Source of the DNA: an uncultured delta proteobacterium
GTDB taxonomy: Bacteria > Myxococcota_A > Polyangia > Fen-1088
DNA length: 64,000 nt
NCBI GenBank assembly: GCA_963755125.1
Contig: CAVWIP010000010.1
Location: 32,001 to 96,000, forward strand
Reading direction: 5' to 3'
The position numbers and the translations under genes are program-made. The notes beneath the pieces are model-generated. The model was not told where the DNA came from. It did not search any database and worked only from the letters and a program-made list of their open reading frames with translations. Position 1 is the stretch's first letter. The number at the start of each line of letters is the position of its first letter. This document shows positions 7,872 through 20,992 of this stretch, in pieces.

Positions 7872-9707
7872 TCAGTAACTCAACCCGAAGCCATACGGGA
7901 AAAGCGGGGCGTAGCTGGCGTCGCCCTGGTTGATCGGGATCTGCGACATCGAGCGCGGCCAGGAGTGGGACAGCTTGCCGGTCGGTTTGTAGTCGCCGAA
8001 AAGCACGTCGGCCACGCCGTCGCCTTCGCTGCCGGGCAACCACACCACCAGCACAGCCTGCACCCCGTCGATGATTGGCTCGATGGGCAGGGGCCGGCCG
8101 GTGATGAGAACCACAACGACCTTCTTGCCCGAGGCCTTGGCTGCCGTGATCAGGCTGATGTCGTCGCGGGAAAGACCCAGCTCTTTACGGTCGCCGGCAC
8201 CCTCGGCGTACGGCTCCTCACCGACCACCACCACGATTGCATCGGCCGCATCCGCGCCCCTCACGCCCGGCGCGAAAGAAACCTTTCCGCCCGCGGCAGC
8301 CTTCTGAATGGCCACCAAGATTGTGGTGCCGGGGGTGACGTTGCCCCGCCGGCCCGACCAACCCACGGTCCAGCCGCCACACTGGATGCCCATGTCGTCC
8401 GCCTTGCTGCCCACCACCAGGATGCGGCCGGTCTTGGGCAGCGGCAGCACGGCGTCCTGATTCTTGAGCAGGACCGCGCTCTGTCGAACTGCCTCGCGCG
8501 CCAGCGCCCGGTGTTCGGACGAGCCGAACTGGCCGGCGAACGCCGGATCTGGGAAGGGGTGCTCCCACATTTTGAAACGCGCCTTCTGCTTCAAGATGCG
8601 GCGGACGGCATCATCGATGCGCGCCATGGAAACCCGGCCCTTCTGAACCAGATGGCGCAGGGTCGAGAAGAACCACGTGTAGCTGACTGGCACCATGGCC
8701 ATGTCCACGCCGGCATTGATGGCCGCCTCGATCTTGCGATCGTTCGACCCCGGGAGGGTGTCGATGGCTTCCCAGTCGCTGACCACGAATCCCTCGAAGC
8801 CGAGCTCGCCCTTGAGCACGTCGGTGATGAGGTGCTTGCTGGCGTGCATGGGAGCGCCATTCCAGCGCGAGTACGACACCATGATCGAGCCGACACCCGC
8901 CTTGACGGCCGCGGCGAAGCCAGGCAGATGGATGGCGCGCAGCTCTTGTTCCGAACAGATGGCGTCGCCCTGGTCCTTGCCCTGTGAGGTGCCACCGTCG
9001 CCGAGAAAGTGCTTGGCGCAGGCAAGCACCCCGTCGGACTGGCCTGGCTCGCCCTGCAGACCTCTGACCATCGCCGCGCCCATCATCTCGGCCAGCTCGG
9101 GCGTCTCGCCGAAGCCCTCGTAGGTCCGGCCCCAGCGCTCATCGCGAGGCACGGCAATGCACGGGGCGAAAGTCCAGGGAATGCCAGTGGCCAATATCTC
9201 CAACGCCGCGGCCCGTCCGACCTTCTCGGCCAGCTCTGGGTTGCGCGTGCAGCCCATTCCGATGTTGTGCGGAAATACCGTGGCTCCCCTCGCCAATGCG
9301 TTGCCATGGACGGCATCCGTGCCCCAGAAAATCGGGATACCCAGGCGCGTGCTCAAGGCTCGCGTCTGAATGGAGGTGACCAGCTTGACCCAGTTCTGGA
9401 GCGTGTTGGGCTCAGGCAGCTGCGACGCACCGTTGAGCACCGATCCAACAGCCAGCTTGCGCACGTCGTCGGTGTTCTTGGCCAGCTTCCAGTCGATCTG
9501 GGTCATCTGCCCGATCTTCTCGTCGAGCGTCATCTTGCCGAGCAGTTCCTCGATGTCGGGCGTTGGCACGCTGGCCCGGCTCGCGGCGAGTTTGCCCGTG
9601 GATGGCCCGGGCTGCACGCCGACACAGCCAAGCACCGCGAAGAGCATGGCAGAAACAGCACGGGAAGCGCCGCAGGCAGAGACAATTTGTGGTCGTGGAA
9701 TTCGCAT
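7872..9707 (-). CDS. Glycoside hydrolase family 3 beta-glucosidase (secreted, possibly lipoprotein)
   Basis: MTLDEKIGQMTQ, DAVHG, FPHNIG, RDERWGRTYEGFGE, KHFLGDG, VSDW nucleophile, GEEPYAEG, PLFPYGFGLSY; start uncertain (9722/9707/9647). Confidence 0.93.
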   Translation of the reverse strand: MRIPRPQIVSACGASRAVSAMLFAVLGCVGVQPGPSTGKLAASRASVPTPDIEELLGKMTLDEKIGQMTQIDWKLAKNTDDVRKLAVGSVLNGASQLPEPNTLQNWVKLVTSIQTRALSTRLGIPIFWGTDAVHGNALARGATVFPHNIGMGCTRNPELAEKVGRAAALEILATGIPWTFAPCIAVPRDERWGRTYEGFGETPELAEMMGAAMVRGLQGEPGQSDGVLACAKHFLGDGGTSQGKDQGDAICSEQELRAIHLPGFAAAVKAGVGSIMVSYSRWNGAPMHASKHLITDVLKGELGFEGFVVSDWEAIDTLPGSNDRKIEAAINAGVDMAMVPVSYTWFFSTLRHLVQKGRVSMARIDDAVRRILKQKARFKMWEHPFPDPAFAGQFGSSEHRALAREAVRQSAVLLKNQDAVLPLPKTGRILVVGSKADDMGIQCGGWTVGWSGRRGNVTPGTTILVAIQKAAAGGKVSFAPGVRGADAADAIVVVVGEEPYAEGAGDRKELGLSRDDISLITAAKASGKKVVVVLITGRPLPIEPIIDGVQAVLVVWLPGSEGDGVADVLFGDYKPTGKLSHSWPRSMSQIPINQGDASYAPLFPYGFGLSY

Positions 9708-9755
9708 CGCGAGACAGTACACCGGCCGAGGCGCAAGCGGGAAGGCTCACCCTGC

Positions 9756-11051
9756 TCATTGGTTGCGATGCACGATCTCGAGATCAGGGCGCAGGCCCAA
9801 GGCCGCCCCGTAACGGAACAGCCCGTCCATCTCGGCCGTGCCCGGGTCCACGGACGCACGTAGCGGCGCGCGCAGGAAAGCGTGCTCGAGAAGGCGCTCC
9901 GGCCCATGGGCGTCGTGCCGCCAGCGACTCGCACCGCCATCGAGGACTGGCGAGACGACCGCCAACGCAGCGAGCACGATCGCGGTGACGGTGCGTGCGC
10001 GGCCCAGGCGGGCTGCCAGCGCGGCCGCGCCCGCGCTCATGGGAACTGCGGCGGCCAGCAAAGCCGCAGGCAGGCCGGCGCGGGTGGACTCGAAACTGAC
10101 CCCGTTTTGCCCAGGCGGATGACCGAGCAGGAGCGCCGTGACCAGGGTGAACCCGAACCAGCACGCAACCAGCGGCGCCCTCTTGAGCAAGGCCAACGTC
10201 CCCAGCCCGCCCAGCAGCAACCCCACCACACCCAGTTCGTCGCTCAACTCGGCCGCGGTCCCGACCACCAGGGCGCGATCGTGAATCCCGCTGGGCCACA
10301 GGCCGCCGAGCGGGTGCAGGACGCTGGCGGAACCTCCCGAGGCAGCCGTCGTGGCCAGCAGCGACCCGCCCAGCGCAGCGACGAAGAGCACAGGCGCCAG
10401 CAACGGCCACCGGCTGCCCCGACGCAGATCCCACAGCCACAGCCCAAAGGCAAGCGGCCACAGCAACGGCCCAGCCACCGGATCCACGCCCGCTGCCAGG
10501 CCCGACAGGCCTGCCAGCGCGAAGCCGTGCCTTGCACCGCCCTGCGCGCGCAGAAGAGGCAGCGCGGCCAACCAGGCCCCTGCCAAAAGCGCGAGCGTCG
10601 CGGATGCCGATCCCGCCGACGTCGCTGCGTGAAATGTCGCCAGCGACAGACCACCGGCCAGCGCGGCCCCTGCGGCCAGCAGCGGCTCATACAAGAAATC
10701 GCGCTCGCCCTGACGGGCGTGCGCTGGCGGGCGCAATGCGGCCAGGAGATCGGCGCACAGCCTGCCCAGCAGCATGATTGCCAACGCGGCCAACAGCACG
10801 GACGCCAGATTGGCACGAGCGGCACCATCGCCCAGGGGCAGATAACCGACCAGACGCGAAACAAGCAAGGCCAACGGCGCGCCCAGACCCTGTGAGACGT
10901 CACCGAGCGCGGCGGCCACTCTCGACGCTGCCGCAACCCGATCCAGTCCCAGCGGCGTGCCCGCGACGTAGATCACCAGCGATGCAACGAAGAGAGCCGG
11001 GTCGAGGGCTGGCCAGGTTCTGGGCGCGTGGGGAGCCGGCCGGTCAGTCAT
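9756..11051 (-). CDS. Polytopic membrane protein, DUF2723/GT-C glycosyltransferase-like
   Basis: Many transmembrane segments; PLALLVSRLVGYLPLGDGAARANLAS resembles the DUF2723 PLY.L...F..LP.G..A.R.NL.S block. Confidence 0.55.
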   Translation of the reverse strand: MTDRPAPHAPRTWPALDPALFVASLVIYVAGTPLGLDRVAAASRVAAALGDVSQGLGAPLALLVSRLVGYLPLGDGAARANLASVLLAALAIMLLGRLCADLLAALRPPAHARQGERDFLYEPLLAAGAALAGGLSLATFHAATSAGSASATLALLAGAWLAALPLLRAQGGARHGFALAGLSGLAAGVDPVAGPLLWPLAFGLWLWDLRRGSRWPLLAPVLFVAALGGSLLATTAASGGSASVLHPLGGLWPSGIHDRALVVGTAAELSDELGVVGLLLGGLGTLALLKRAPLVACWFGFTLVTALLLGHPPGQNGVSFESTRAGLPAALLAAAVPMSAGAAALAARLGRARTVTAIVLAALAVVSPVLDGGASRWRHDAHGPERLLEHAFLRAPLRASVDPGTAEMDGLFRYGAALGLRPDLEIVHRNQ

Positions 11052-11145
11052 GGGTCGATCCAACGCGAAACCCGGCCTCCTGTCGAGACCATCACGATCG
11101 AGAGCCTAACTTGACGTCCACGTATTCGCCGTCTATCCCCAAAGG

Positions 11146-12111
11146 GTGCACGTCATTCGAGGGCGCCAGCGCGTCACGTCCGAGTTGCGGCGTCCGCTGC
11201 GTGCGCCTGCAGTCGCCATCGGGAACTTCGATGGCGTTCACCGCGGCCACCAGGCCTTGCTGGGCACCGCCAGCCGCCTCGCCCACGCGGCGGGGGGCGA
11301 GGCCGTGGCCCTGACTTTCGATCCCCATCCGGCGCGGTTCTTTGCGCCCGCCCTGGCGCCGCCCATGCTGGTGACGCTGGAACGCCGGCTGGAGCTGCTT
11401 GGCGAGGCTGGCGCTGATGTGGTCGTGGTTGAGCCGTTCACCGCTGAGTTTGCGGCAATGCCCGCCGACCGCTTCGTCGCCGAAGTGCTGCGCAAGGACC
11501 TCGACGCCCGACACATCGTGGTGGGCTGGGATTTCACCTATGGGGCCGGCCGGCAAGGCAGCGCAACCACGCTCACAAACGAAGGCGCGCGCCTGCACAT
11601 GGGGGTCAGCATCGTGCCGCCGGTCATGGTTGCGGGGCTGGTCTGCTCGTCAACCAAGATCCGCGAGTTCGTGCTCGAGGGGCGGGTGGAGGGCGCGGCC
11701 ATGCTTCTCGGCCGCCCTTTCGAGCTTACCGGCCGCGTGGTCCACGGCGTCGAGCGCGGCCGCACCCTGGGCATCCCCACCGCCAACCTGGAGCCAGAGG
11801 CCGATCTTTTGCCCAAGTCCGGCGTCTATGCGGCCTGGGCGTGTCGCGTGGATAGCAGCGGCCCGGCGCTGCGCCTACGCGCCGCCGTCAGCGTCGGCAG
11901 CAATCCCACCTTCGCGAGCGAGGGTCGAGGCGCTTCCGCAGTGGTGAGCGTCGAAGCCCACCTGCTGGATTTCGACGGCGACCTTTACGGCGCGCGTCTG
12001 CGCCTGGAATTTGCCGGTCGCATCCGGGACCAGCGCCGGTTCGCTTCAGCGGATGAGCTGGTGGCCGAGATCAGACGCGACGTCGCCCAAACCCGGGAGA
12101 TCCTTCCATGA
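11146..12111 (+). CDS. ribF: Bifunctional riboflavin kinase/FAD synthetase
   Basis: IGNFDGVHRGHQ, TFDPHP, SSTKIR, RGRTLGIPTAN, GVYA, VEAHLLDF; GTG start. Confidence 0.96.
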   Translation: MHVIRGRQRVTSELRRPLRAPAVAIGNFDGVHRGHQALLGTASRLAHAAGGEAVALTFDPHPARFFAPALAPPMLVTLERRLELLGEAGADVVVVEPFTAEFAAMPADRFVAEVLRKDLDARHIVVGWDFTYGAGRQGSATTLTNEGARLHMGVSIVPPVMVAGLVCSSTKIREFVLEGRVEGAAMLLGRPFELTGRVVHGVERGRTLGIPTANLEPEADLLPKSGVYAAWACRVDSSGPALRLRAAVSVGSNPTFASEGRGASAVVSVEAHLLDFDGDLYGARLRLEFAGRIRDQRRFASADELVAEIRRDVAQTREILP

Positions 12112-12587
12112 GCATGGAACACCTTTACGAAACCGAGACGATGGCCGAGCTGTGCACACGCCAGGGCCGACTGAGCGAGGCCATCGCCATCTTCCGTGAG
12201 CTTGCCGCAACCGCCGCCGACCCCGACATGCGGGCACGCGCCAGTGCCCGGCTGACCACGCTGGAGGCGACCTGGCAGCCCCTGCGTGTCGCCGAGGTTC
12301 CGCCTGCCGATCTGGCCTTGCCCCCCGTCCCCGGGGTTTCACTGCTGGTGGGCGAGGACCAGGTGACGGTGGCCTGGGCCCTGCCGCCCGAAACCAGCTC
12401 GCCTGCTCTCGACGTCTTGGTTCTGCAGCGTACGGTGGGCGGAATCGATCCGCAGAAGAAGCTCTTGCCCCTCACCGATACCTCGGGCCGCATCGGCCTG
12501 CTCTTGCCCGGTGTGCATTCCGCCCGGGCCGCTGCGGGCACGATACGCGAGGGCCGCTTCGTGGCCATCGTCCGATCCACTGGCTGA
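12108..12587 (+). CDS. Hypothetical protein with N-terminal TPR-like helix pair
   Basis: ATGA overlap with ribF; TETMAELCTRQGRLSEAIAIFREL. Confidence 0.7.
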   Translation: MSMEHLYETETMAELCTRQGRLSEAIAIFRELAATAADPDMRARASARLTTLEATWQPLRVAEVPPADLALPPVPGVSLLVGEDQVTVAWALPPETSSPALDVLVLQRTVGGIDPQKKLLPLTDTSGRIGLLLPGVHSARAAAGTIREGRFVAIVRSTG

Positions 12588-12589
12588 AA

Positions 12590-16190
<3,601 letters not shown>

Positions 16191-16324
16191 CGCGTCGCCA
16201 CTCGCACAGACCATAGTGGCGAGATTGTACTCCATCATTAGATACCCGCTGGGCGGGATTCCGTCGAGTCTCCCGGCATTGGCCAACATGACCCACAATG
16301 TTATGTATACTGTCCGGCGTCCGC

Positions 16325-17665
16325 ATGACTTTGACCGCACCACGCACGACTCAACAAATCGCCGCGCAGACCGCAGAGAGCGAAAAGCTGCATCTGGTTT
16401 CGCTCGGCGCTGGGTTTCGCCTGCTGGCAGCCGCTCTGTTCTTGGCCCTCAGCCTGATTTCCTGGCGCCTGTCCGGCCACTCGACCTGGCGCTACAAGCT
16501 GCCAGTGGTGCTGGCCTACGCCGTGGTGGCTGCCATCCTTTTCGCCGTCCGCCGCCGCAGCGGGGTCGCGCGTTTCGCCGCGGCTGCAGTCGCGCTGGAT
16601 CTGGCCGTGCCCTTCATCGCTCTGCACGCGACCATCGTCAGCTACGGAGAAGCCGGCCAGGTGGTGGCCGGCCTGGGTCTGGGCGTATTCGTCCTGGTCG
16701 AGGCGGTGTGCGGACTGTATCTGCGAAAAAGCCTCATCATTGCCGCCACCATCATCGCGATGGCGGAAGAGAGCCTGCTGCTCTGGCAGGCCGGGGTTTC
16801 GCCATGGCACATGGGCCTCGCCTGCTGCGTGCTCATGCTCGGCGCCGGAGTCGGCGTCATCATCGTCGAGCGAACCAACCGGCTGGTGCGCGAGACGGCC
16901 GGGGTTGAGGCGGCCCGGCACCAGTTGGCGGACACGCGCGCCGAATACGACCAGCTTGCGCGCTTGCAAAAGGACAAGGACAGCCTGGTCCAGCTCATCG
17001 TGCACGACATGCGCGGCCCGCTCAGTGCGGCCATCCTGTCGCTCGAGTTCCTCTCGCGAGAACTCAAACGCCAGCGGGCCACGCGCGACATGGTGGAGGC
17101 CAGTGACGATGCCCTCACCTCGTCGACCAACGTGGCCAACATGATCACGCAGATCCTGGACACCAACAAGCTGGAAGAGGGACGCATCACGCTCAATCTG
17201 GTGCCGGTGTCCGCGCGGGAAATGCTCGACCTCACACGCCAGCAGGCGCTTTCGCGTGCGCAAGGAAAGTCGATCAAGATCGAGGTGGACGCGCCGGACA
17301 ACCTGTTCATGGTGGCTGACCGCCGCCTGTTCCCACGTCTTCTCGACAACCTGGTGTCCAATGCCCTGCGCTACACCGCTGCGGGGGGACGCATCCTGCT
17401 GGTGGCGGCGCAGAGCGGGGACGAGATCGTCTTGTCGGTCCACAACACGGGCGAGCCCATCCCGGTCCCCGATCGAGAGAAGATCTTCGCCAAGTTCCAG
17501 CAGGGCCAGAGCGAAGCCCTGCGCATGTTTGGCTGGGGCCTGGGGCTGTATTTCTGCCGTCTGGTCGCCGAGGCGCACAGCGGCCGCATCGCCGTCGAGG
17601 ACGTCGCCGGCTGGCCCACCTCGTTCGTCATTCGCCTGCCGGCGAATACGCCGGCGCCGGAGTAA
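16325..17665 (+). CDS. Membrane-bound sensor histidine kinase
   Basis: About 6 transmembrane helices, H-box VHDMRGPL, N-box NLVSNALRY, F-box IFAKF, G2 GLGLYFC. Confidence 0.9.
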   Translation: MTLTAPRTTQQIAAQTAESEKLHLVSLGAGFRLLAAALFLALSLISWRLSGHSTWRYKLPVVLAYAVVAAILFAVRRRSGVARFAAAAVALDLAVPFIALHATIVSYGEAGQVVAGLGLGVFVLVEAVCGLYLRKSLIIAATIIAMAEESLLLWQAGVSPWHMGLACCVLMLGAGVGVIIVERTNRLVRETAGVEAARHQLADTRAEYDQLARLQKDKDSLVQLIVHDMRGPLSAAILSLEFLSRELKRQRATRDMVEASDDALTSSTNVANMITQILDTNKLEEGRITLNLVPVSAREMLDLTRQQALSRAQGKSIKIEVDAPDNLFMVADRRLFPRLLDNLVSNALRYTAAGGRILLVAAQSGDEIVLSVHNTGEPIPVPDREKIFAKFQQGQSEALRMFGWGLGLYFCRLVAEAHSGRIAVEDVAGWPTSFVIRLPANTPAPE

Positions 17666-17756
17666 CCTTGCACCCTTTTCGCAACACCGAGCATCAAAGC
17701 CACGGGACAGGCTGAGCTTGATCGTCCCTCGTCAACCCAAAACAAAGGATATGCGC

Positions 17757-18434
17757 ATGAGATCACTCAAGCTGTTGGCCGCGAGTTTCCTGGTTCTGTC
17801 GCCAGCCCTGGCCCAGGCGGGCACATGGGACGTCGACCCCGCCCACTCGACCGTGGAGTTCAGCGTCCGCCACATGATGGTCACCACCGTCAAGGGTCAG
17901 TTCCAGAAAGTCAAGGGCACGGTGGAACTCGACGAAAAGGATCCCACCAAGTCCACCGTGGAGGTGAGCATCGAAACCGCGTCCATCGACACGCGCGAGG
18001 CCAAGCGCGACGCCCATTTGAAATCGGCCGACTTCTTCGACGCAGCGAAATTCCCCGCGATCACGTTCAAGTCGACCAAGGTCGAAAAGGCGGGCAAGGG
18101 CAAGTTCAAGGTCACGGGCGATCTCACCATGCATGGGATAACCAAGTCGGTGGTGCTAGCGGTCGAGGGACCGTCGGCCTCAATCAAAGACCCGTTTGGC
18201 CGAACCGTGAAGGGCGTGATGGCGACGGGCAAGCTCGACCGCAAAGACTGGGGCATGACCTGGAACAAGGCGCTCGATTCAGGCGGCTTCGTGGTCAGCG
18301 ACGAGGTCAAGCTGGATATCAACGCCGAACTGGCTGAGCGTGCCGCAGCTCCACCCGCTGCGCCGGCCGCTGACAAGTCTGCTGCCGCCGGCGCCAAGAC
18401 TCCTCCCGCAGCGCCCGCCAAACCCAGCAAGTAG
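17757..18434 (+). CDS. yceI: YceI family secreted lipid/polyisoprenoid-binding protein
   Basis: AAAGGA RBS, signal peptide, WDVDPAHSTVEFSVRHM, SIDT..AKRDAHLKSADFF, GDLTMHG. Confidence 0.93.
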   Translation: MRSLKLLAASFLVLSPALAQAGTWDVDPAHSTVEFSVRHMMVTTVKGQFQKVKGTVELDEKDPTKSTVEVSIETASIDTREAKRDAHLKSADFFDAAKFPAITFKSTKVEKAGKGKFKVTGDLTMHGITKSVVLAVEGPSASIKDPFGRTVKGVMATGKLDRKDWGMTWNKALDSGGFVVSDEVKLDINAELAERAAAPPAAPAADKSAAAGAKTPPAAPAKPSK

Positions 18435-18517
18435 GCGCGAAAGCACAAGAAGAGTGAATATCGGACTTGAGCGGGTATAATTACCAGTGAGAAGTCCGCT
18501 CGTTCGTGAAAAGCGTA

Positions 18518-18739
18518 ATGTCCCTGCCTGACCTGCCCCTGAGAAAATCTGCCGTCGTCGAAGCGGTGGGGGGCGATCGCGCCTTCCGTCGCCGCATCAT
18601 GGAGATGGGTCTGGTGCCGGGGACCAAGGTTCGCCTGGTCGCCGTAGCGCCCATGGGTGATCCCCTGACGTTGGAACTGCGCTCCAGCCGGCTTTCCATA
18701 CGCAAGAAGGAAGCGGCCCAGGTCCGCGTCCGGGTATGA
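18518..18739 (+). CDS. feoA: Ferrous iron transport protein A
   Basis: RRRIMEMGLVPG...APMGDP...LSIRKKEA; overlaps the feoB start. Confidence 0.92.
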   Translation: MSLPDLPLRKSAVVEAVGGDRAFRRRIMEMGLVPGTKVRLVAVAPMGDPLTLELRSSRLSIRKKEAAQVRVRV

Positions 18740-20892
18740 GCGAACGCAGCAACCCAGCCAAACCTGAATCTTCACGTCCCCTGGTCGCCCTGGCCGGTAA
18801 CCCCAACACGGGCAAGACGACCCTGTTCAACGTGCTCACCGGGAGTCGCGCGCGTGTGGGCAACTACCCGGGCATCACGGTGGAGAGGCGCATGGGCGAG
18901 GCGAATCTGGAGGGCGTGGGTCCGGTCGACGTGATCGACATCCCGGGCACCTATTCGCTGGTGGCGCGCACCGGCGAGGAACAGATCGCCATCAACGCCA
19001 TGTTGGGCCTGGGCGGCCAGAGGCGCCCCGACGCGGTGGTGATCTGCGCCGACGCCACCCAGTTCGTGCGCTCCTCGCATCTGGTGCTGCAGGCGCTGGA
19101 GTTCGGCCTGCCCGTGCTGGTGGCGCTGACCATGACCGATGAAGCCAAGGAAGCCGCGCCCGATCCGGTCGAGATGGGCCGGCGCCTGGGCTGTGAGGTG
19201 GTCGCCGTGGTGGCAGCCCAGGGCCGCGGCGTGGCCGAATTGAATGCCGCCATCGCACGCCGGCTGCGCATGCCGGAACGGCACGAGATCTGGCACTGGC
19301 AGCCCACCGCCTGGCTGCGCAAGCTGCTGGATGAAACCCGTGCTGCTCTGCCCGTACAGTGGCCGTCCTGCGATGCCATGGCGCTGTGGGCATTGATGAG
19401 CGTGGAAACCGGCGACGAGCTCCACGGCATCCCGGCGGCCTTGCGACAAGCGGTTCACCTTCCTTCCGAGGTGCGAAAACACATCGACGACGAGGCCATC
19501 CTGGGCCGCTACTCCTTCATGGACGCCAAGCTGGCCCCGCTCGGCCGCCACGAGCCGGACCAAAGGCTGACCGAAAGGGTGGACCGGATCCTCCTCAATC
19601 CCTGGTTGGGGCTGCTGATCTTCCTGCTGCTGATGTTCGCCCTGTTCGAGGGGTTGTTTGCCGGCGCCGATCCACTGATCCATCTGATCGAGCGTGTCTT
19701 TGCCGCTGCGGGCGACGGGATCAAACGCGCCCTGCCCGGCAGCATCTTGGCCCATTTCTTGGCCGACGGCTTGCTGTCCGGCGTGGGCGCGGTGGCCATG
19801 TTCCTGCCGCAGATCCTGTTGCTCTTCTTCTTCCTCGGTCTGCTGGAAGATTCGGGTTACCTGGCGCGCGTGGCGTTCCTGATGGACCGGCCCATGCGCG
19901 CCATGCACCTGCACGGCCGCGCCTTCATTCCCATGCTTGCGGGCTTCGCCTGCGCGGTGCCCGCCATCATGGCCACGCGGACCATGGAACGAAGACGTGA
20001 TCGTGTGCTAGCCATGATGGTGATCCCGCTCACCACGTGCTCCGCGCGGCTGCCGGTATACACGCTCATCATTGGATCGCTGTTCCCGGCCCGGCGCCTG
20101 GGCGGCGTGCTGCCGGCCCAAGGCCTGCTGGTGGTCTTCATGTACGCCTTTGGCATGGCGACGGCACTGCTGGCGGCTCTCATCCTGTCGCGAACCTTGC
20201 CACCGTTGCGCTCGCGCCGGCTGCCCCTGGTGCTGGAGCTGCCGCCCTACCGCAGACCGCGGCTGCGCGACGTGCTGGGCATGGTGTGGGACCGGTCGCG
20301 ACGCTTTGTCACCGACGCGGGAACCCTGATCGTGATCTGCTCGGTGGTGCTGTGGGGATTGCTGGATTTCCCGCGCGAGCCGGCGCGACCGTCGCGCGAC
20401 TGGAAGGCGTCCGTTGCCCAGGTCGATCCGTCGGCGCGGCCAGCGCTGGAGCGCGCCGCGGAAGCCGAGCGCATGCAGCAAAGCTACGCCGGCAGGCTGG
20501 GCAGGCTCATGGAGCCGGTGATCGCGCCGCTGGGTTTCGACTGGAAGATCGGGATCGGCCTGGTCGGCGCGTTCGCGGCCCGCGAGGTCTTCGTGGCCAC
20601 CATGGGCGTGGTCTACGGCCTTGAACCGGACGCAGCCCAGACCAGTCTCACCCTGCGCGAAAAACTGCGGCAGGAGAAGCGCCCGGACGGCACGCCTCTC
20701 TACACGCCCCTGGTCGGCTTGAGTCTGCTGCTCTTCTTTGCCCTGGCCTGCCAGTGCACCAGCACCCTGGCCGTGGTCCGGCGCGAGACCGGCACCCTGC
20801 GCTGGCCCCTGTTCCTGTTCGCGTACACATCCGCGCTGGCCTGGCTGGTCAGCTTCGCTGTGTACCAGACAGGACGCGGGCTGGGGCTGTGA
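18736..20892 (+). CDS. feoB: Ferrous iron transport protein B
   Basis: GNPNTGKT, GNYPGITVE, DIPGTYSL, EDSGYLAR, GFACAVPA, CSARLPVY, AAREVFV. Confidence 0.96.
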   Translation: MSERSNPAKPESSRPLVALAGNPNTGKTTLFNVLTGSRARVGNYPGITVERRMGEANLEGVGPVDVIDIPGTYSLVARTGEEQIAINAMLGLGGQRRPDAVVICADATQFVRSSHLVLQALEFGLPVLVALTMTDEAKEAAPDPVEMGRRLGCEVVAVVAAQGRGVAELNAAIARRLRMPERHEIWHWQPTAWLRKLLDETRAALPVQWPSCDAMALWALMSVETGDELHGIPAALRQAVHLPSEVRKHIDDEAILGRYSFMDAKLAPLGRHEPDQRLTERVDRILLNPWLGLLIFLLLMFALFEGLFAGADPLIHLIERVFAAAGDGIKRALPGSILAHFLADGLLSGVGAVAMFLPQILLLFFFLGLLEDSGYLARVAFLMDRPMRAMHLHGRAFIPMLAGFACAVPAIMATRTMERRRDRVLAMMVIPLTTCSARLPVYTLIIGSLFPARRLGGVLPAQGLLVVFMYAFGMATALLAALILSRTLPPLRSRRLPLVLELPPYRRPRLRDVLGMVWDRSRRFVTDAGTLIVICSVVLWGLLDFPREPARPSRDWKASVAQVDPSARPALERAAEAERMQQSYAGRLGRLMEPVIAPLGFDWKIGIGLVGAFAAREVFVATMGVVYGLEPDAAQTSLTLREKLRQEKRPDGTPLYTPLVGLSLLLFFALACQCTSTLAVVRRETGTLRWPLFLFAYTSALAWLVSFAVYQTGRGLGL

Positions 20893-20992
20893 TACGACCG
20901 TGCCGGCCGACGCAGCACCCGCTGGCAACACCCCGTATGCTTGGACATCCCGCGAGTGATTCATGCGTCAACCCATCGTGCGCGAGCCAGCC

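Noticed and set aside
11025..11040. Further copy of the dispersed repeat (CGCGTGGGAGCC)
   Set aside because: Only a short imperfect match inside a coding region, without the rest of the unit.
19120..19140. FeoB G4 motif TMTD instead of NMxD as a sign of inactivation
   Set aside because: All other GTPase and membrane motifs are intact, and a single G4 variant is not enough evidence.
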